From: Cellulosilyticaceae bacterium | GTDB lineage: Bacteria > Bacillota > Clostridia > Lachnospirales > Cellulosilyticaceae | Assembly: GCA_051659885.1 (NCBI GenBank) | Contig: JBOFPL010000063.1 | Span: forward strand, 10,371 to 74,370 | Length of the DNA stretch: 64,000 nucleotides | Reading direction: 5' to 3' | Shown: positions 1 through 9,266 of the stretch, piece after piece | Position numbering within the stretch: the stretch's first letter is position 1 | How the letters are laid out: each line of letters begins with the position of its first letter | Made by a program: the position numbers and the translations under genes | The notes under the pieces: generated by a model | What the model was told of the DNA's origin: nothing | The model's input: only the letters and a program-made list of their open reading frames with translations | Databases searched by the model: none

Positions 1-925
1 CTGCAGCATCACTATCATATAGAATAACCAATTCATTTGTATATCGCTTAAGCAATTTAGCATGGCCTACTGTAAAAGCGGTTCCTAAGGAAGCAACTGT
101 TTGAGTAAAGCCAGCTTTATGCATAGCAATAACATCCATATATCCTTCTACCAGAATATAATACGGATGAGCCTCTGCTCTTGCCAAATGAAGTCCATAT
201 AAATTACGACTCTTATCAAATAACAAACTCTCTGGTGAATTCAAGTATTTAGGTTCGCCCTGTTTAATGATCCTTCCACCAAATGCAATAACCTTCTTAT
301 TGGTATTAAAAATAGGAAACATTACACGATCTGAAAAACGATCATAAAATACGCCACTTTTTTTACTCTTTAGAATTAATCCACTTTCCAGCAAAATTTC
401 ATCAGAGTACCCTTGATTTCTTAGATATTTGTATAATATAGTATAATCAGCCGGCGCGTATCCTATCCCAAATTTCTTAATTATTTCTTTTCCAATCCCT
501 CTCTGATTCAGATATTCTCTTACTTCCCCTGCATTTTCATCACCTAGTGCATAGTAGTAAAATCTCCCTGCTATTTTATGAATTTCTAAGAGTTCATTTT
601 TTTTATTCTGAGTGGGCGCTTGACCTGTATTAAAACTTTCAATATCTATGTGCGCTCTTTCTGCTAAATGTGTTAACGCTTCTACAAAAGTCATATTCTC
701 TTTTTGCATTAAAAAGGTAAATATATTTCCTCCTGCTCCACATCCAAAACAATAATACATTTGTTTTTCTTCACTGACTGAAAAAGATGGACTTTTTTCA
801 TTATGAAAAGGGCAAAGCCCAAAGTGAGAACTTCCTTTTTGGGTTAGATGCGTATATTCGGAGATAGTAGATATGATATCACTTTGTTCTCTTACTTGTT
901 CTATAATATTATCTGGATAGTACAT
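1..925 (-). CDS. dnaG: DNA primase, N-terminal ~308 aa (gene runs off the left edge)
   Basis: Absent from the ORF track because it is edge-truncated. My translation from the ATG at 925 gives MYYPDNIIEQVREQSDIISTISEYTHLTQKGSSHFGLCPFHNEKSPSFSVSEEKQMYYCFGCGAGGNIF, the CHC2 primase zinc finger. Further downstream it gives LVEGYMDVIAM and VILYDSDAA (TOPRIM). The frame is open to base 1. SD GAAGGAG lies 5 nt upstream. Confidence 0.9.
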   Translation of the reverse strand, partial: MYYPDNIIEQVREQSDIISTISEYTHLTQKGSSHFGLCPFHNEKSPSFSVSEEKQMYYCFGCGAGGNIFTFLMQKENMTFVEALTHLAERAHIDIESFNTGQAPTQNKKNELLEIHKIAGRFYYYALGDENAGEVREYLNQRGIGKEIIKKFGIGYAPADYTILYKYLRNQGYSDEILLESGLILKSKKSGVFYDRFSDRVMFPIFNTNKKVIAFGGRIIKQGEPKYLNSPESLLFDKSRNLYGLHLARAEAHPYYILVEGYMDVIAMHKAGFTQTVASLGTAFTVGHAKLLKRYTNELVILYDSDAA

Positions 926-1120
926 CTATTCTCCTTCTTTCTAATTAGTCTATTTTTGATGTGTGATTAAGCTTATTTATCATATTTATGTATCTTAGGC
1001 TTATCAACAACTTTCTCTTCTTTCTTTAGAATATGTAAATGAGACATCTCCTATACACTATACTAATACTACATAAATAGCCAATTTCCTCTTTTTTTAT
1101 ACGTTTTTGTAGGATTACAC

Positions 1121-1150
1121 AAAAAACCCTGTATCAATGATACAGGGTTG
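1121..1150 (-). terminator. Intrinsic terminator after ppdK
   Basis: The minus strand reads AACCCTGTATC-ATTG-ATACAGGGTT followed by TTTTT, about 20 nt after the ppdK stop. Confidence 0.75.
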
Positions 1151-1167
1151 TGCTAATTAGCTAGTTC

Positions 1168-3792
1168 TTATTTGTTTTTTAATGCCGCTTGAGCTGCTGC
1201 TAAACGTGCAATTGGTACACGGAATGGAGAACAAGATACATAGTTTAATCCTACTTTGTGGCAGAATTCAATTGATGATGGATCTCCACCATGCTCACCA
1301 CAAATACCAAGTTTGATATTTGGACGAGTCATTCTACCTTTCTCTGCAGCCATTTCCACTAAAATCCCTACACCGTTTTGATCAAGTCTAGCAAATGGAT
1401 CAGACTCATATACACCTTTTGTATAGTAATCTTCTAAGAATTTACCAGCATCATCACGTGAGAATCCAAATGTCATTTGTGTTAAGTCATTTGTACCGAA
1501 TGAGAAGAATTCTGCCTCTTCTGCAATTTGGTCAGCTGTTACAGCAGCACGTGGAATTTCAATCATTGTTCCCACTGAGTAAGTAAGTTCGATACCTGAC
1601 TCAGCAATAGCTTTATCAGCAGCTGCTACTACGATATCTTTAACGAATTTTAACTCTTTTTTATCTCCTACAAGTGGAATCATAATTTCTGGAATAATAT
1701 TGAATCCTTTTTCTTGTTTTACTTGAAGTGCTGCTTCAATGATTGCACGTGCTTGCATTTCAGCAATTTCTGGATAAGAAACTGATAAACGACATCCACG
1801 ATGTCCCATCATTGGGTTAAACTCATGTAATGATTCAACTGTTTCTTTTAATGCTTCAAAAGTGATACCCATTTCTACTGCAAGTGCTTTAATATCTTCC
1901 TCTGTATGTGGTAAGAATTCATGTAGTGGTGGATCAAGAAGACGTACTGTTACTGGTCTTTCTTCCATTGCTTGGTAGATTCCTACAAAATCACCCTTTT
2001 GAAGTGGTAGAAGGGCATCTAATGCTTCTCTTCTTTCTTCTTCTGTTTTAGCAACAATCATTTTACGTACTTTCATGATACGATCTTCTTCAAAGAACAT
2101 ATGCTCTGTACGGCAAAGACCGATACCTTCTGCACCAAATCTTACTGCATTTTGTGCATCTTTTGGTGTATCTGCATTTGTACGTACTTTTAATGTACGA
2201 TGAGCGTCTGCCCATTTCATAAATGTTTCGAAATCACCTGTGATTTCTGGTTCTACTGTTTTAATATCTTCACCATAAATGTTTCCTGTTGAACCATCTA
2301 ATGATATATAATCGCCCTCTCTATAAACATTTCCTGCTAATTCAAAGTATTTTTCTTCTTCATTGATTTTGATTTCTCCACATCCTGATACACAGCATGT
2401 TCCCATACCACGAGCAACTACTGCTGCATGAGATGTCATTCCTCCACGTACTGTTAAAATACCACGTGCTGCTGCCATTCCTTCAATATCTTCTGGAGAT
2501 GTTTCAAGACGAACTAAGATAACTCTTTCACCAACTGCTCCTGCTTGTTTTGCATCTTCAGCTGTGAAGTATACTTTACCTGCTGCTGCTCCTGGTGATG
2601 CTGGTAATGCTTTTCCAATTACTGTCGCTTCTTTTAATGCTTTTACATCAAACATTGGGTGAAGTAATTGATCTAATTGTTTTGGTTCTACACGAAGTAC
2701 TGCTTCTTCTTCTGTGATCATACCGTCATTTACTAATTCAACAGCAATTCTAAGTGCAGCTTGTGCTGTTCTTTTTCCGTTACGAGTTTGTAAGAAATAA
2801 AGTTTACCTTCTTCAACTGTAAACTCCATATCTTGCATATCACGGTAGTGATTTTCAAGTTTATTTGAGATAGCCATAAACTCTTCATATACTGCTGGCA
2901 TATCTTGTTCTAATTGGCTAATTGGATTTGGTGTACGGATACCTGCTACAACGTCTTCCCCTTGTGCGTTGATTAAGTATTCCCCATAAATTAAGTTTTC
3001 TCCAGTAGATGGATTTCTTGTGAATGCAACACCTGTACCAGATGTTTCTCCCATGTTACCAAATACCATCATTTGTACATTTACTGCTGTTCCCCAATCA
3101 GATGGATAATCGTTCATTCTTCTATAAACGATTGCACGTGGATTCATCCATGAACGGAATACCGCTTGAATAGATTCCATTAATTGTACTTCTGGAGTTT
3201 GTGGGAATTCTTCCCCTTTTTCTTCTAAGTAAAGTGCTTTGAACTTCACTACTAATTCTTTTAAGTCTTCTGCAGTAAGATCTGTATCAAGTGTTACCCC
3301 TTTTTCTTCTTTCATTGCATCAATGATTTTTTCAAAACGTGGCTTTGGAATTTCCATTACTACGTCAGAGAACATTTGGATGAAACGACGATATGAATCA
3401 TATGCAAATCTTTCATTGCCTGTTTTTTTAGCTAAGCCTTCTACAGCTAAATCTGTAAGACCTAAATTAAGTACTGTATCCATCATTCCTGGCATAGATA
3501 CTCTAGCTCCTGAACGAACTGATACAAGTAAAGGATTTTCTATATCACCAAATTTTTTCCCTGATTCAGCTTCTAATTCAGCTAAACATGCTTTAATTTG
3601 GCTTTGAATCTCTTCTGAAAGAGCTTTTCCATTGTTATAGTATTCTGTACAAGCTTCTGTTGTAACAGTAAATCCTTGTGGAATTGGTAAACCAAGTTGT
3701 GTCATATCTGCAAGGTTTGCCCCTTTTCCCCCAAGAAGATTTTTATTTTTTGTATCTCCCTCTTTAAACATATAAACCCATTTTTGGCTCAT
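1168..3792 (-). CDS. ppdK: Pyruvate, phosphate dikinase
   Basis: 874 aa. N-terminal ATP-grasp region (GGKGANLADM), phospho-histidine swivel motif GGMTSHAAVVARG, and C-terminal PEP-utilising TIM barrel (GICGEHGGDP). Confidence 0.97.
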   Translation of the reverse strand: MSQKWVYMFKEGDTKNKNLLGGKGANLADMTQLGLPIPQGFTVTTEACTEYYNNGKALSEEIQSQIKACLAELEAESGKKFGDIENPLLVSVRSGARVSMPGMMDTVLNLGLTDLAVEGLAKKTGNERFAYDSYRRFIQMFSDVVMEIPKPRFEKIIDAMKEEKGVTLDTDLTAEDLKELVVKFKALYLEEKGEEFPQTPEVQLMESIQAVFRSWMNPRAIVYRRMNDYPSDWGTAVNVQMMVFGNMGETSGTGVAFTRNPSTGENLIYGEYLINAQGEDVVAGIRTPNPISQLEQDMPAVYEEFMAISNKLENHYRDMQDMEFTVEEGKLYFLQTRNGKRTAQAALRIAVELVNDGMITEEEAVLRVEPKQLDQLLHPMFDVKALKEATVIGKALPASPGAAAGKVYFTAEDAKQAGAVGERVILVRLETSPEDIEGMAAARGILTVRGGMTSHAAVVARGMGTCCVSGCGEIKINEEEKYFELAGNVYREGDYISLDGSTGNIYGEDIKTVEPEITGDFETFMKWADAHRTLKVRTNADTPKDAQNAVRFGAEGIGLCRTEHMFFEEDRIMKVRKMIVAKTEEERREALDALLPLQKGDFVGIYQAMEERPVTVRLLDPPLHEFLPHTEEDIKALAVEMGITFEALKETVESLHEFNPMMGHRGCRLSVSYPEIAEMQARAIIEAALQVKQEKGFNIIPEIMIPLVGDKKELKFVKDIVVAAADKAIAESGIELTYSVGTMIEIPRAAVTADQIAEEAEFFSFGTNDLTQMTFGFSRDDAGKFLEDYYTKGVYESDPFARLDQNGVGILVEMAAEKGRMTRPNIKLGICGEHGGDPSSIEFCHKVGLNYVSCSPFRVPIARLAAAQAALKNK

Positions 3793-3889
3793 GTCAAATA
3801 ACCTCCTAGTATTGTTTTCGGAAATAGATTAACTTTCTAAAATCAGCGACGAATATAAAAAAAATACTCTATTCCCTTACTCGAATTTT

Positions 3890-3917
3890 ATTATAACACA
3901 AAATTCTTTCTTGACTA
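3890..3917 (-). promoter_or_regulatory. Candidate sigma-A promoter of ppdK
   Basis: The minus strand reads TAGTCA-16 nt-TATAAT with TGT immediately upstream of the -10 (extended -10). This implies a leader of about 90 nt ending in SD AGGAGG. Confidence 0.45.
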
Positions 3918-3990
3918 GAGTATTTTATAACTTGTATTAAATTATAGTAATTTTAAACAATTTAATTAATCAAAATTTGACATATAAGAT

Positions 3991-5373
3991 TTAAAATTCC
4001 ATCTTTTTCTGAATATACTGAACTAATTCATCAATTTTCACACGTTCTTGGCTCATCGTATCTCTATCTCTTATAGTCACCATGCCATCTTCTAATGAAT
4101 CAAAATCAAACGTAATACAGAATGGTGTTCCGATTTCATCTTGTCTTCTATAGCGTTTTCCAATAGAACCTGCTTCATCAAATTCTACATTGTAGTATTT
4201 AGCAAGTGTTTGGTAAACTTCTGTTGCCTGTTCAGATAATTTTTTAGAAAGTGGTAAAATAGCTGCTTTTACTGGTGCAATAGCTGGATGGAATCTAAAT
4301 ACAGTTCTAGTATCCCCATCTTCTAACGCTTCTTCATCATAAGCTTCGCAAAGGAACGCAAGTGTTACTCTATCAGCTCCTAATGATGGTTCAATACAGT
4401 ATGGTACATATTTTTCATTTGTTGTTGGATCAAAGTAACTCATGTCTTGACCTGAATGTTCTTGATGTTGTTTAAGGTCAAAGTCTGTACGGCTAGCAAT
4501 TCCCCATAACTCTCCCCATCCAAATGGGAACATAAACTCAATATCTGATGTTGCATTACTGTAGTGTGATAATTCTTCTTCTGAGTGATCACGTACTCTC
4601 ATATTCTCTTGGTTTACGCCTAAGCTAAGTAACCAGTTTACGCAATATGCTTTCCAGTAATCAAACCATTCGATTTCTGTTCCTGGTTTACAGAAGAATT
4701 CAAGTTCCATTTGTTCAAATTCACGTGTTCTAAAGATGAAGTTACCTGGAGTAATTTCATTTCTGAATGATTTACCAATTTGTCCAATACCAAATGGTAC
4801 TTTCTTTCTACTTGTTCTTTGTACATTTTTAAAGTTTACAAAGATTCCTTGTGCTGTTTCTGGTCTTAGATAAACTACGTTTTTAGAGTCTTCTGTTACC
4901 CCTTGGAATGTTTTAAACATTAGGTTGAATTGTCTAATATCTGTAAAGTTGTGTTTACCACATGTTGGACATTCAATTTGGTTTTCTGTAATGAATGTTT
5001 GCATTTGTTCATTAGACCATCCATCTACTACTTGCTCTTCACCTTTTGCTTGTAAGAAATCTTCAATAATTTTATCTGCACGGAATCTTTCTTTACACTC
5101 TTTACAGTCCATAAGTGGATCAGCAAATCCACCTACGTGTCCTGATGCTACCCATGCTTGAGGATTCATAAGAATCGCACAATCTACCCCTACATTGTAT
5201 GGGCTTTCTTGAATAAACTTTCTCCACCATGCTTTTTTTACGTTATTTTTAAGTTCTACTCCTAATGGGCCGTAATCCCAAGTATTTGCAAGTCCTCCAT
5301 AAATTTCTGACCCTGGATATACGAATCCTCTAGATTTAGCTACTGCTACAACTTGTTGCATATTTTTTTCCAT
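3991..5373 (-). CDS. glyQS: Glycine--tRNA ligase (alpha2 homodimeric type)
   Basis: 460 aa, class II aaRS. The N-terminus [28 protein letters not shown] is typical of GlyQS. It is preceded by a T-box with a GGC specifier. Confidence 0.96.
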   Translation of the reverse strand: MEKNMQQVVAVAKSRGFVYPGSEIYGGLANTWDYGPLGVELKNNVKKAWWRKFIQESPYNVGVDCAILMNPQAWVASGHVGGFADPLMDCKECKERFRADKIIEDFLQAKGEEQVVDGWSNEQMQTFITENQIECPTCGKHNFTDIRQFNLMFKTFQGVTEDSKNVVYLRPETAQGIFVNFKNVQRTSRKKVPFGIGQIGKSFRNEITPGNFIFRTREFEQMELEFFCKPGTEIEWFDYWKAYCVNWLLSLGVNQENMRVRDHSEEELSHYSNATSDIEFMFPFGWGELWGIASRTDFDLKQHQEHSGQDMSYFDPTTNEKYVPYCIEPSLGADRVTLAFLCEAYDEEALEDGDTRTVFRFHPAIAPVKAAILPLSKKLSEQATEVYQTLAKYYNVEFDEAGSIGKRYRRQDEIGTPFCITFDFDSLEDGMVTIRDRDTMSQERVKIDELVQYIQKKMEF

Positions 5374-5399
5374 TGTTTATTCCTCCTATATTAAAATGA

Positions 5400-5625
5400 G
5401 TGGACACAAAAAAACCTCTCGTCCCCTGCTTAATAGCAAGGGACGAAAGGTACTCTTCCGCGGTTCCACCCTTATTGAATACTTAGTTAAGTATCCCTCT
5501 TTTTGAAGTCATTGCTCCGAAGTGCCCTTCATAAAACTCATAGTCATTGGCTCACACTGCCCCAATTTCGCTGATACTCTGTCGTCTTACTACTCCTCTT
5601 CATCATTGCAAATTCATTAGATGCA
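5400..5625 (-). promoter_or_regulatory. T-box riboswitch leader, glycine (GGC) specifier
   Basis: The minus strand contains a stem I start AGAGGAGTAGTA and a specifier-loop candidate GAAG-GGC-A (GGC at 5524-5526). The conserved T-box core AGGGTGGAACCGCG lies at 5459-5472. A terminator CCTTTCGTCCCTTGC...GCAGGGGACGAGAGG plus TTTTTTT lies at 5408-5450. Confidence 0.9.
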
Positions 5626-5628
5626 TCT

Positions 5629-5657
5629 AATGTATCAAAATACCAAAATCTTGTCAA
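5629..5657 (-). promoter_or_regulatory. Candidate sigma-A promoter of the glyQS T-box leader
   Basis: The minus strand reads TTGACA-17 nt-TACATT, directly upstream of the T-box stem I. Confidence 0.55.
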
Positions 5658-5661
5658 GTGC

Positions 5662-6390
5662 TTAAGGGTTATATTTTGTAATGATTATGCTTAAACTTTC
5701 ATGTTTCATATCTATCCATTGAAAATCTTGAATATTTTTTTGTTTTTCAATCAAGCTTTTTAAGGCCTGACGATCCACCTTCTGTAAAAATGTAACTGTT
5801 CTTTGTTCTCCTTGAATAATAGTTTGTGTCTGGTATTCATTAGACTTAGCCCATTCTTCAATAAGTTCCATAGTTGCTTCTCCATCTTCACTAACTAAAT
5901 ACCACTCATCCATCATCTGCTCTGTTTCTTCTATCATGCTTCTCTCTAGAGCACTTGGTTCTTGCACTATACCTACATTCCCTATAGATGATTCTGTATA
6001 ACTAGCTACCTCTGGCATTGCACTCCTCATAGGTGTCATCTCTGGTTGTTCTCGTTCTACTAGATTATCAAAATTCAACCCTTGGCTAAAGATAACCACT
6101 AAAATCAATACAGCTGCTATACTTGATCCATACGTAAAAAGCTTATGTTGATAAAAAGGTTTGGTTTGTTTTTCTGCATGAATTTTATCCATTAATTCTG
6201 CATGAAATCCTTGTGGCAGTTCCTTATTTTCTAGACTATCTAAACTTGTTCCAATAGCCTCTAGTATTTCTAATTCTTCCCTACACTTTTCACACGTCTT
6301 AAGATGAGCCTCTAATTGTTCTGCTTCTTGAGTCGTTAATTGTTTGTCTAGGTAAGATGATAAAAGTTCTAAGTAATTTTCACATTTCAT
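5662..6390 (-). CDS. Anti-sigma factor (zf-HC2 type, single-pass membrane)
   Basis: The N-terminus contains H-x3-C-x2-C (HLKTCEKC). There is one TM segment (SSIAAVLILVVIFSQGL). Its start overlaps the sigma gene stop by 4 nt (ATGA). Confidence 0.8.
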   Translation of the reverse strand: MKCENYLELLSSYLDKQLTTQEAEQLEAHLKTCEKCREELEILEAIGTSLDSLENKELPQGFHAELMDKIHAEKQTKPFYQHKLFTYGSSIAAVLILVVIFSQGLNFDNLVEREQPEMTPMRSAMPEVASYTESSIGNVGIVQEPSALERSMIEETEQMMDEWYLVSEDGEATMELIEEWAKSNEYQTQTIIQGEQRTVTFLQKVDRQALKSLIEKQKNIQDFQWIDMKHESLSIIITKYNP

Positions 6391-7013
6391 AGAGTCTCCT
6401 CCTTCTTCTTAGAAATTTGACGAAAGAAAGAGCAATAAGGTTCCTTATTTTGGCTTAAAATTTTTTTGAGTGCTCCCCTTGCTCTTGACAGTCTCGATTT
6501 AACAGTTCCTTGTGAAAGGTTTAAAATAGCTCCAATTTCATCATAGCTATGTTGCTGAAGCTCTCTAAGTACAATCAGTTCTCTATATTCTTCTTTAAGC
6601 TCTGATAACGCTAATTGTAAAACATCTTGTAATGCCATTTCTTCTATATGCTTTTCTAAATTAGCCTTTTCATCTGGTATTTCCATTATCCACTCATCAT
6701 CTGAGTCTTTATTCGTTTGGTAAATAGAAATTTCTTTTTTGTTTTTATATTTCCTTAAAATATCTAAACATTGATTCGTGGCTATACGATAGACCCAAGT
6801 ACTAAATTTGGAATTCCCTTCAAAATGCTCTATCTGTCTCCAAATCTTCATACAAACTTCTTGCGAGGCATCATAGGCTTCTTGTTCATTGTTCAACATG
6901 CGTAGACAAATATTATAAATATTTTTTTCATACGCTATAATCAACTTTTCAAAGGCCGAAGTATTTCCTTTCCTAGCCAACTTAATCAGCTTATTTTCTA
7001 TTGATTCTTCCAA
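6387..7013 (-). CDS. ECF-type RNA polymerase sigma-70 family factor
   Basis: 208 aa. Region 2 (FSTWVYRIATNQCLDILR) and region 4 (YDEIGAILNLSQGTVKSRLSRAR). TTG start with GAGGGA 6 nt upstream. Translationally coupled to the anti-sigma gene. Confidence 0.88.
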   Translation of the reverse strand: MEESIENKLIKLARKGNTSAFEKLIIAYEKNIYNICLRMLNNEQEAYDASQEVCMKIWRQIEHFEGNSKFSTWVYRIATNQCLDILRKYKNKKEISIYQTNKDSDDEWIMEIPDEKANLEKHIEEMALQDVLQLALSELKEEYRELIVLRELQQHSYDEIGAILNLSQGTVKSRLSRARGALKKILSQNKEPYCSFFRQISKKKEETL

Positions 7014-7117
7014 ATCCTATCCCTCTCTTCTTTTCTGTGTTCATTCTTATCGTATTATACTTTTATAAGTTATACAATATTAAACATGATTTTATTCTAA
7101 AATATATCTTAATTATG

Positions 7118-7146
7118 TTGCAATATCAAAAAACTTGTGATATTAT
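7118..7146 (+). promoter_or_regulatory. Candidate sigma-A promoter of tRNA-Leu
   Basis: TTGCAA-17 nt-TATTAT (the overlapping TATAAT gives a 20 nt spacing), ending 13 nt before the mature tRNA 5-prime end. Confidence 0.5.
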
Positions 7147-7158
7147 AATTCTTGTCAA

Positions 7159-7242
7159 GCGGATATGGCGGAACAGGCAGACGCAGCAGACTCAAAATCT
7201 GCCGGTGGTAACATCGTAAGGGTTCGATTCCCTTTATCCGCA
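7159..7242 (+). tRNA. tRNA-Leu (anticodon CAA)
   Basis: Hand-folded cloverleaf. Acceptor stem GCGGATA/TATCCGC, anticodon stem GCAGA/TCTGC with loop CTCAAAA (CAA at 7193-7195). Long class II variable arm, T-arm AAGGG-TTCGATT-CCCTT, discriminator A. No encoded CCA. Confidence 0.93.
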
Positions 7243-7252
7243 TATTATTTTT

Positions 7253-7298
7253 AAAAATACTCCCGAATCCTTTATATAAAGTGATTCGGGAGTATTTT
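7253..7298. terminator. Bidirectional terminator between tRNA-Leu and the NUDIX gene
   Basis: Perfect 14-bp stem AATACTCCCGAATC / GATTCGGGAGTATT with a 13-nt loop. It has T-rich flanks on both strands. Confidence 0.75.
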
Positions 7299-7764
7299 AT
7301 TTGAACTTTTTAGAGGGGCCAGGCTTTGGAAACCACTCATTATTCTTTCTCATTTCTAGGTACATATTATAAGCCTTTTTCAAAATATATCTTTCATCTG
7401 AAAACTTTACTAAATGATACGCTTCATAAAACTTATAGTATCCAGCATCTACAAAATACTCTTCTCTTTGAGGTTTGGTATAAAAACTATCTGATTTCAT
7501 CAAATACCAGTGAACAGTCTTATTGACCATATCATCTTTCCCTTGAAAAGTATACTGACTTGAACCGATATACCTTACAATTTGCGCATCTACACCTGAT
7601 TCTTCTTTCACTTCTCTAATGGCCGTTACTTGATGTGTTTCGTCCATTTCTACAGTTCCTTTTGGTAGCACCCACCCTACATATTTGTGTTTGTAGTCTT
7701 TATAGAGCACGAGGATTTTGCCTTTATGAATGACTACGCCTCCACAACTGACAGTCTGTATCAT
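7297..7764 (-). CDS. NUDIX hydrolase
   Basis: 155 aa with the Nudix box GWVLPKGTVEMDETHQVTAIREVKEESGV (G-x5-E-x7-REVxEE-xG). Confidence 0.88.
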   Translation of the reverse strand: MIQTVSCGGVVIHKGKILVLYKDYKHKYVGWVLPKGTVEMDETHQVTAIREVKEESGVDAQIVRYIGSSQYTFQGKDDMVNKTVHWYLMKSDSFYTKPQREEYFVDAGYYKFYEAYHLVKFSDERYILKKAYNMYLEMRKNNEWFPKPGPSKKFK

Positions 7765-7874
7765 TTTATCACCTGTCTTTCTTTATAAGTACCTCTCACT
7801 AGTTAAAGTATATCTTTTTTTTGCTTTTTTTTCAACTTATGATTTAAAATATACTGTACTTAATCTTAGTTTTC

Positions 7875-9266
7875 TCATTCAAGATAAACAAATGTCCTTA
7901 AAATTTGCTGTGTTACATCTAAAGATTTAGCACCCTGTCCACCATTTTCTACGATAACAGCAAAGGCTATTTCTGATTCTGGTTTCTCTACATTTTGAGC
8001 AAACCCAATAAACCAAGAGTGATCTTTTCCTGTTTCATTCTGTGCTGTTCCAGTTTTTCCTCCTGCTCTGAGTCCTCGGGTACTTAGCCTACTTGCTGTC
8101 CCATTTGTAATGACTCCCATCATATATTCTTGAAGTATCTGAGCTGTATTTTCATTTATAAGCGCTTTATGATAATTAGGGAGATTTTTAAGCAATATTC
8201 TTCCCTTTTCATTTTTAGAAAAATCAAATAGGTAAGGTTCCATTACTACACCATCATTGACTATCATTGAAGCTAACATAGCCATGTGCATAGGCGTTAC
8301 CAAGGTTCTCCCTTGCCCAATATAAGCTGCTGCTACATCAAAAGGTGTACTCTTTTCCCCTACTTGTAATCGGCTCTTATTATATTCTATGTCTAATGGT
8401 ATTGATTTATTAAACAATAAGCTTTCTCCTAAAGATTGTAATTCTTTGGGTTTAATATATTCTTGTAAATGGATAAAATAGGTATTACAAGATTTCTCAA
8501 ACGCTTGTTTTAAGTTAATTTTACCATGTATATTACCATTAAAGCATTTAATAGTATAGTCTCCTTGTGTAATACTCCCTGTGCATTCATAGACAATATT
8601 TTCATACTCTAAGCCACTTTCAATCAAGGCTATGGTGGGTAAAATTTTAAAAATAGACCCTGGTGGATACAGTCCTTGTGTTGCTCGATTAACTAAGGGA
8701 CTATTTTCTTGATCCGAAGATAGAGTATCCCAATTAGCAACTAAGTTATTAGGGTTAAATCCAGGTGTTGAATACATCGTTTTGATTTTCCCTGTAGAGG
8801 GTTCCAATATCACCACTGATCCTTTATACCCTTGCATTGCTTCCTCACTTGTTTTTTGCAAACGATCATCTAATGTAAGTACCACATCTCTGCCTTCAAA
8901 TTTTTTGCCCATAAAGGTATTTTCCAAAATAGACCTTAAGTTGTAATCAGGATAAAGTAATTCTACATTAGTTTGAGCTTCAGCTCCATATTTCCCCATT
9001 TGTGAGTAACCTACTGCATGTGCATACCTTGACCCATAAGGATACATCCTTTTGCCATTTTCAGTTGTAGCTAATAAGTTTCCATTAGTATCATAAATAT
9101 TGCCTCTTATCACTTCACCTTCCAAATGATCCAATCTTCTATTGTAGGGATGAATTGAAATTTCCTTACTTTCAACCATCGTAAAATAAATCATATAACC
9201 TGCAAGTCCTAAAAAAACAACTGCAAATAGACCTAATATACTATAAACTATTTTTTTATTATTCAT
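7875..9266 (-). CDS. Class B penicillin-binding protein (transpeptidase), partner of the upstream SEDS gene
   Basis: Motifs SIFK (SxxK), SCN (SxN) and KTGTA, plus an N-terminal TM anchor. I prefer the ATG at 9266 (MNNKKIVY, SD GAGGGGG) over the track start at 9305, which overlaps the upstream gene. Confidence 0.9.
   Translation of the reverse strand: MNNKKIVYSILGLFAVVFLGLAGYMIYFTMVESKEISIHPYNRRLDHLEGEVIRGNIYDTNGNLLATTENGKRMYPYGSRYAHAVGYSQMGKYGAEAQTNVELLYPDYNLRSILENTFMGKKFEGRDVVLTLDDRLQKTSEEAMQGYKGSVVILEPSTGKIKTMYSTPGFNPNNLVANWDTLSSDQENSPLVNRATQGLYPPGSIFKILPTIALIESGLEYENIVYECTGSITQGDYTIKCFNGNIHGKINLKQAFEKSCNTYFIHLQEYIKPKELQSLGESLLFNKSIPLDIEYNKSRLQVGEKSTPFDVAAAYIGQGRTLVTPMHMAMLASMIVNDGVVMEPYLFDFSKNEKGRILLKNLPNYHKALINENTAQILQEYMMGVITNGTASRLSTRGLRAGGKTGTAQNETGKDHSWFIGFAQNVEKPESEIAFAVIVENGGQGAKSLDVTQQILRTFVYLE

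Noticed and set aside
973-1047. 24-codon ORF (MSHLHILKKEEKVVDKPKIHKYDK) between ppdK and dnaG on the minus strand
   Set aside because: GGAG abuts the ATG with no spacer. There is no recognisable fold or conservation argument, so it is probably just the dnaG 5-prime untranslated region.
3239-3607. 122-aa plus-strand ORF inside ppdK, and similar ORFs at 14060-14491, 34230-34610, 36465-36839, 42262-42594 and 44612-45112
   Set aside because: All are Ser/Ile/Phe-rich antisense frames within well-conserved minus-strand genes. This is typical of AT-rich genomes where antisense frames lack stops. None has ribosome-binding sites.
7001-7219. 72-aa plus-strand ORF spanning the sigma-gene upstream region and most of the tRNA
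   Set aside because: It overlaps a well-folded tRNA-Leu and its promoter, and the sequence is low-complexity hydrophobic. It is an ORF-caller artefact.
7159-7298. tRNA-Leu as a possible integration hotspot flanked by accessory genes
   Set aside because: The neighbours are an ECF sigma/anti-sigma pair and a NUDIX hydrolase. I saw no integrase and no duplicated tRNA 3-prime segment, and the composition looks uniform by eye.
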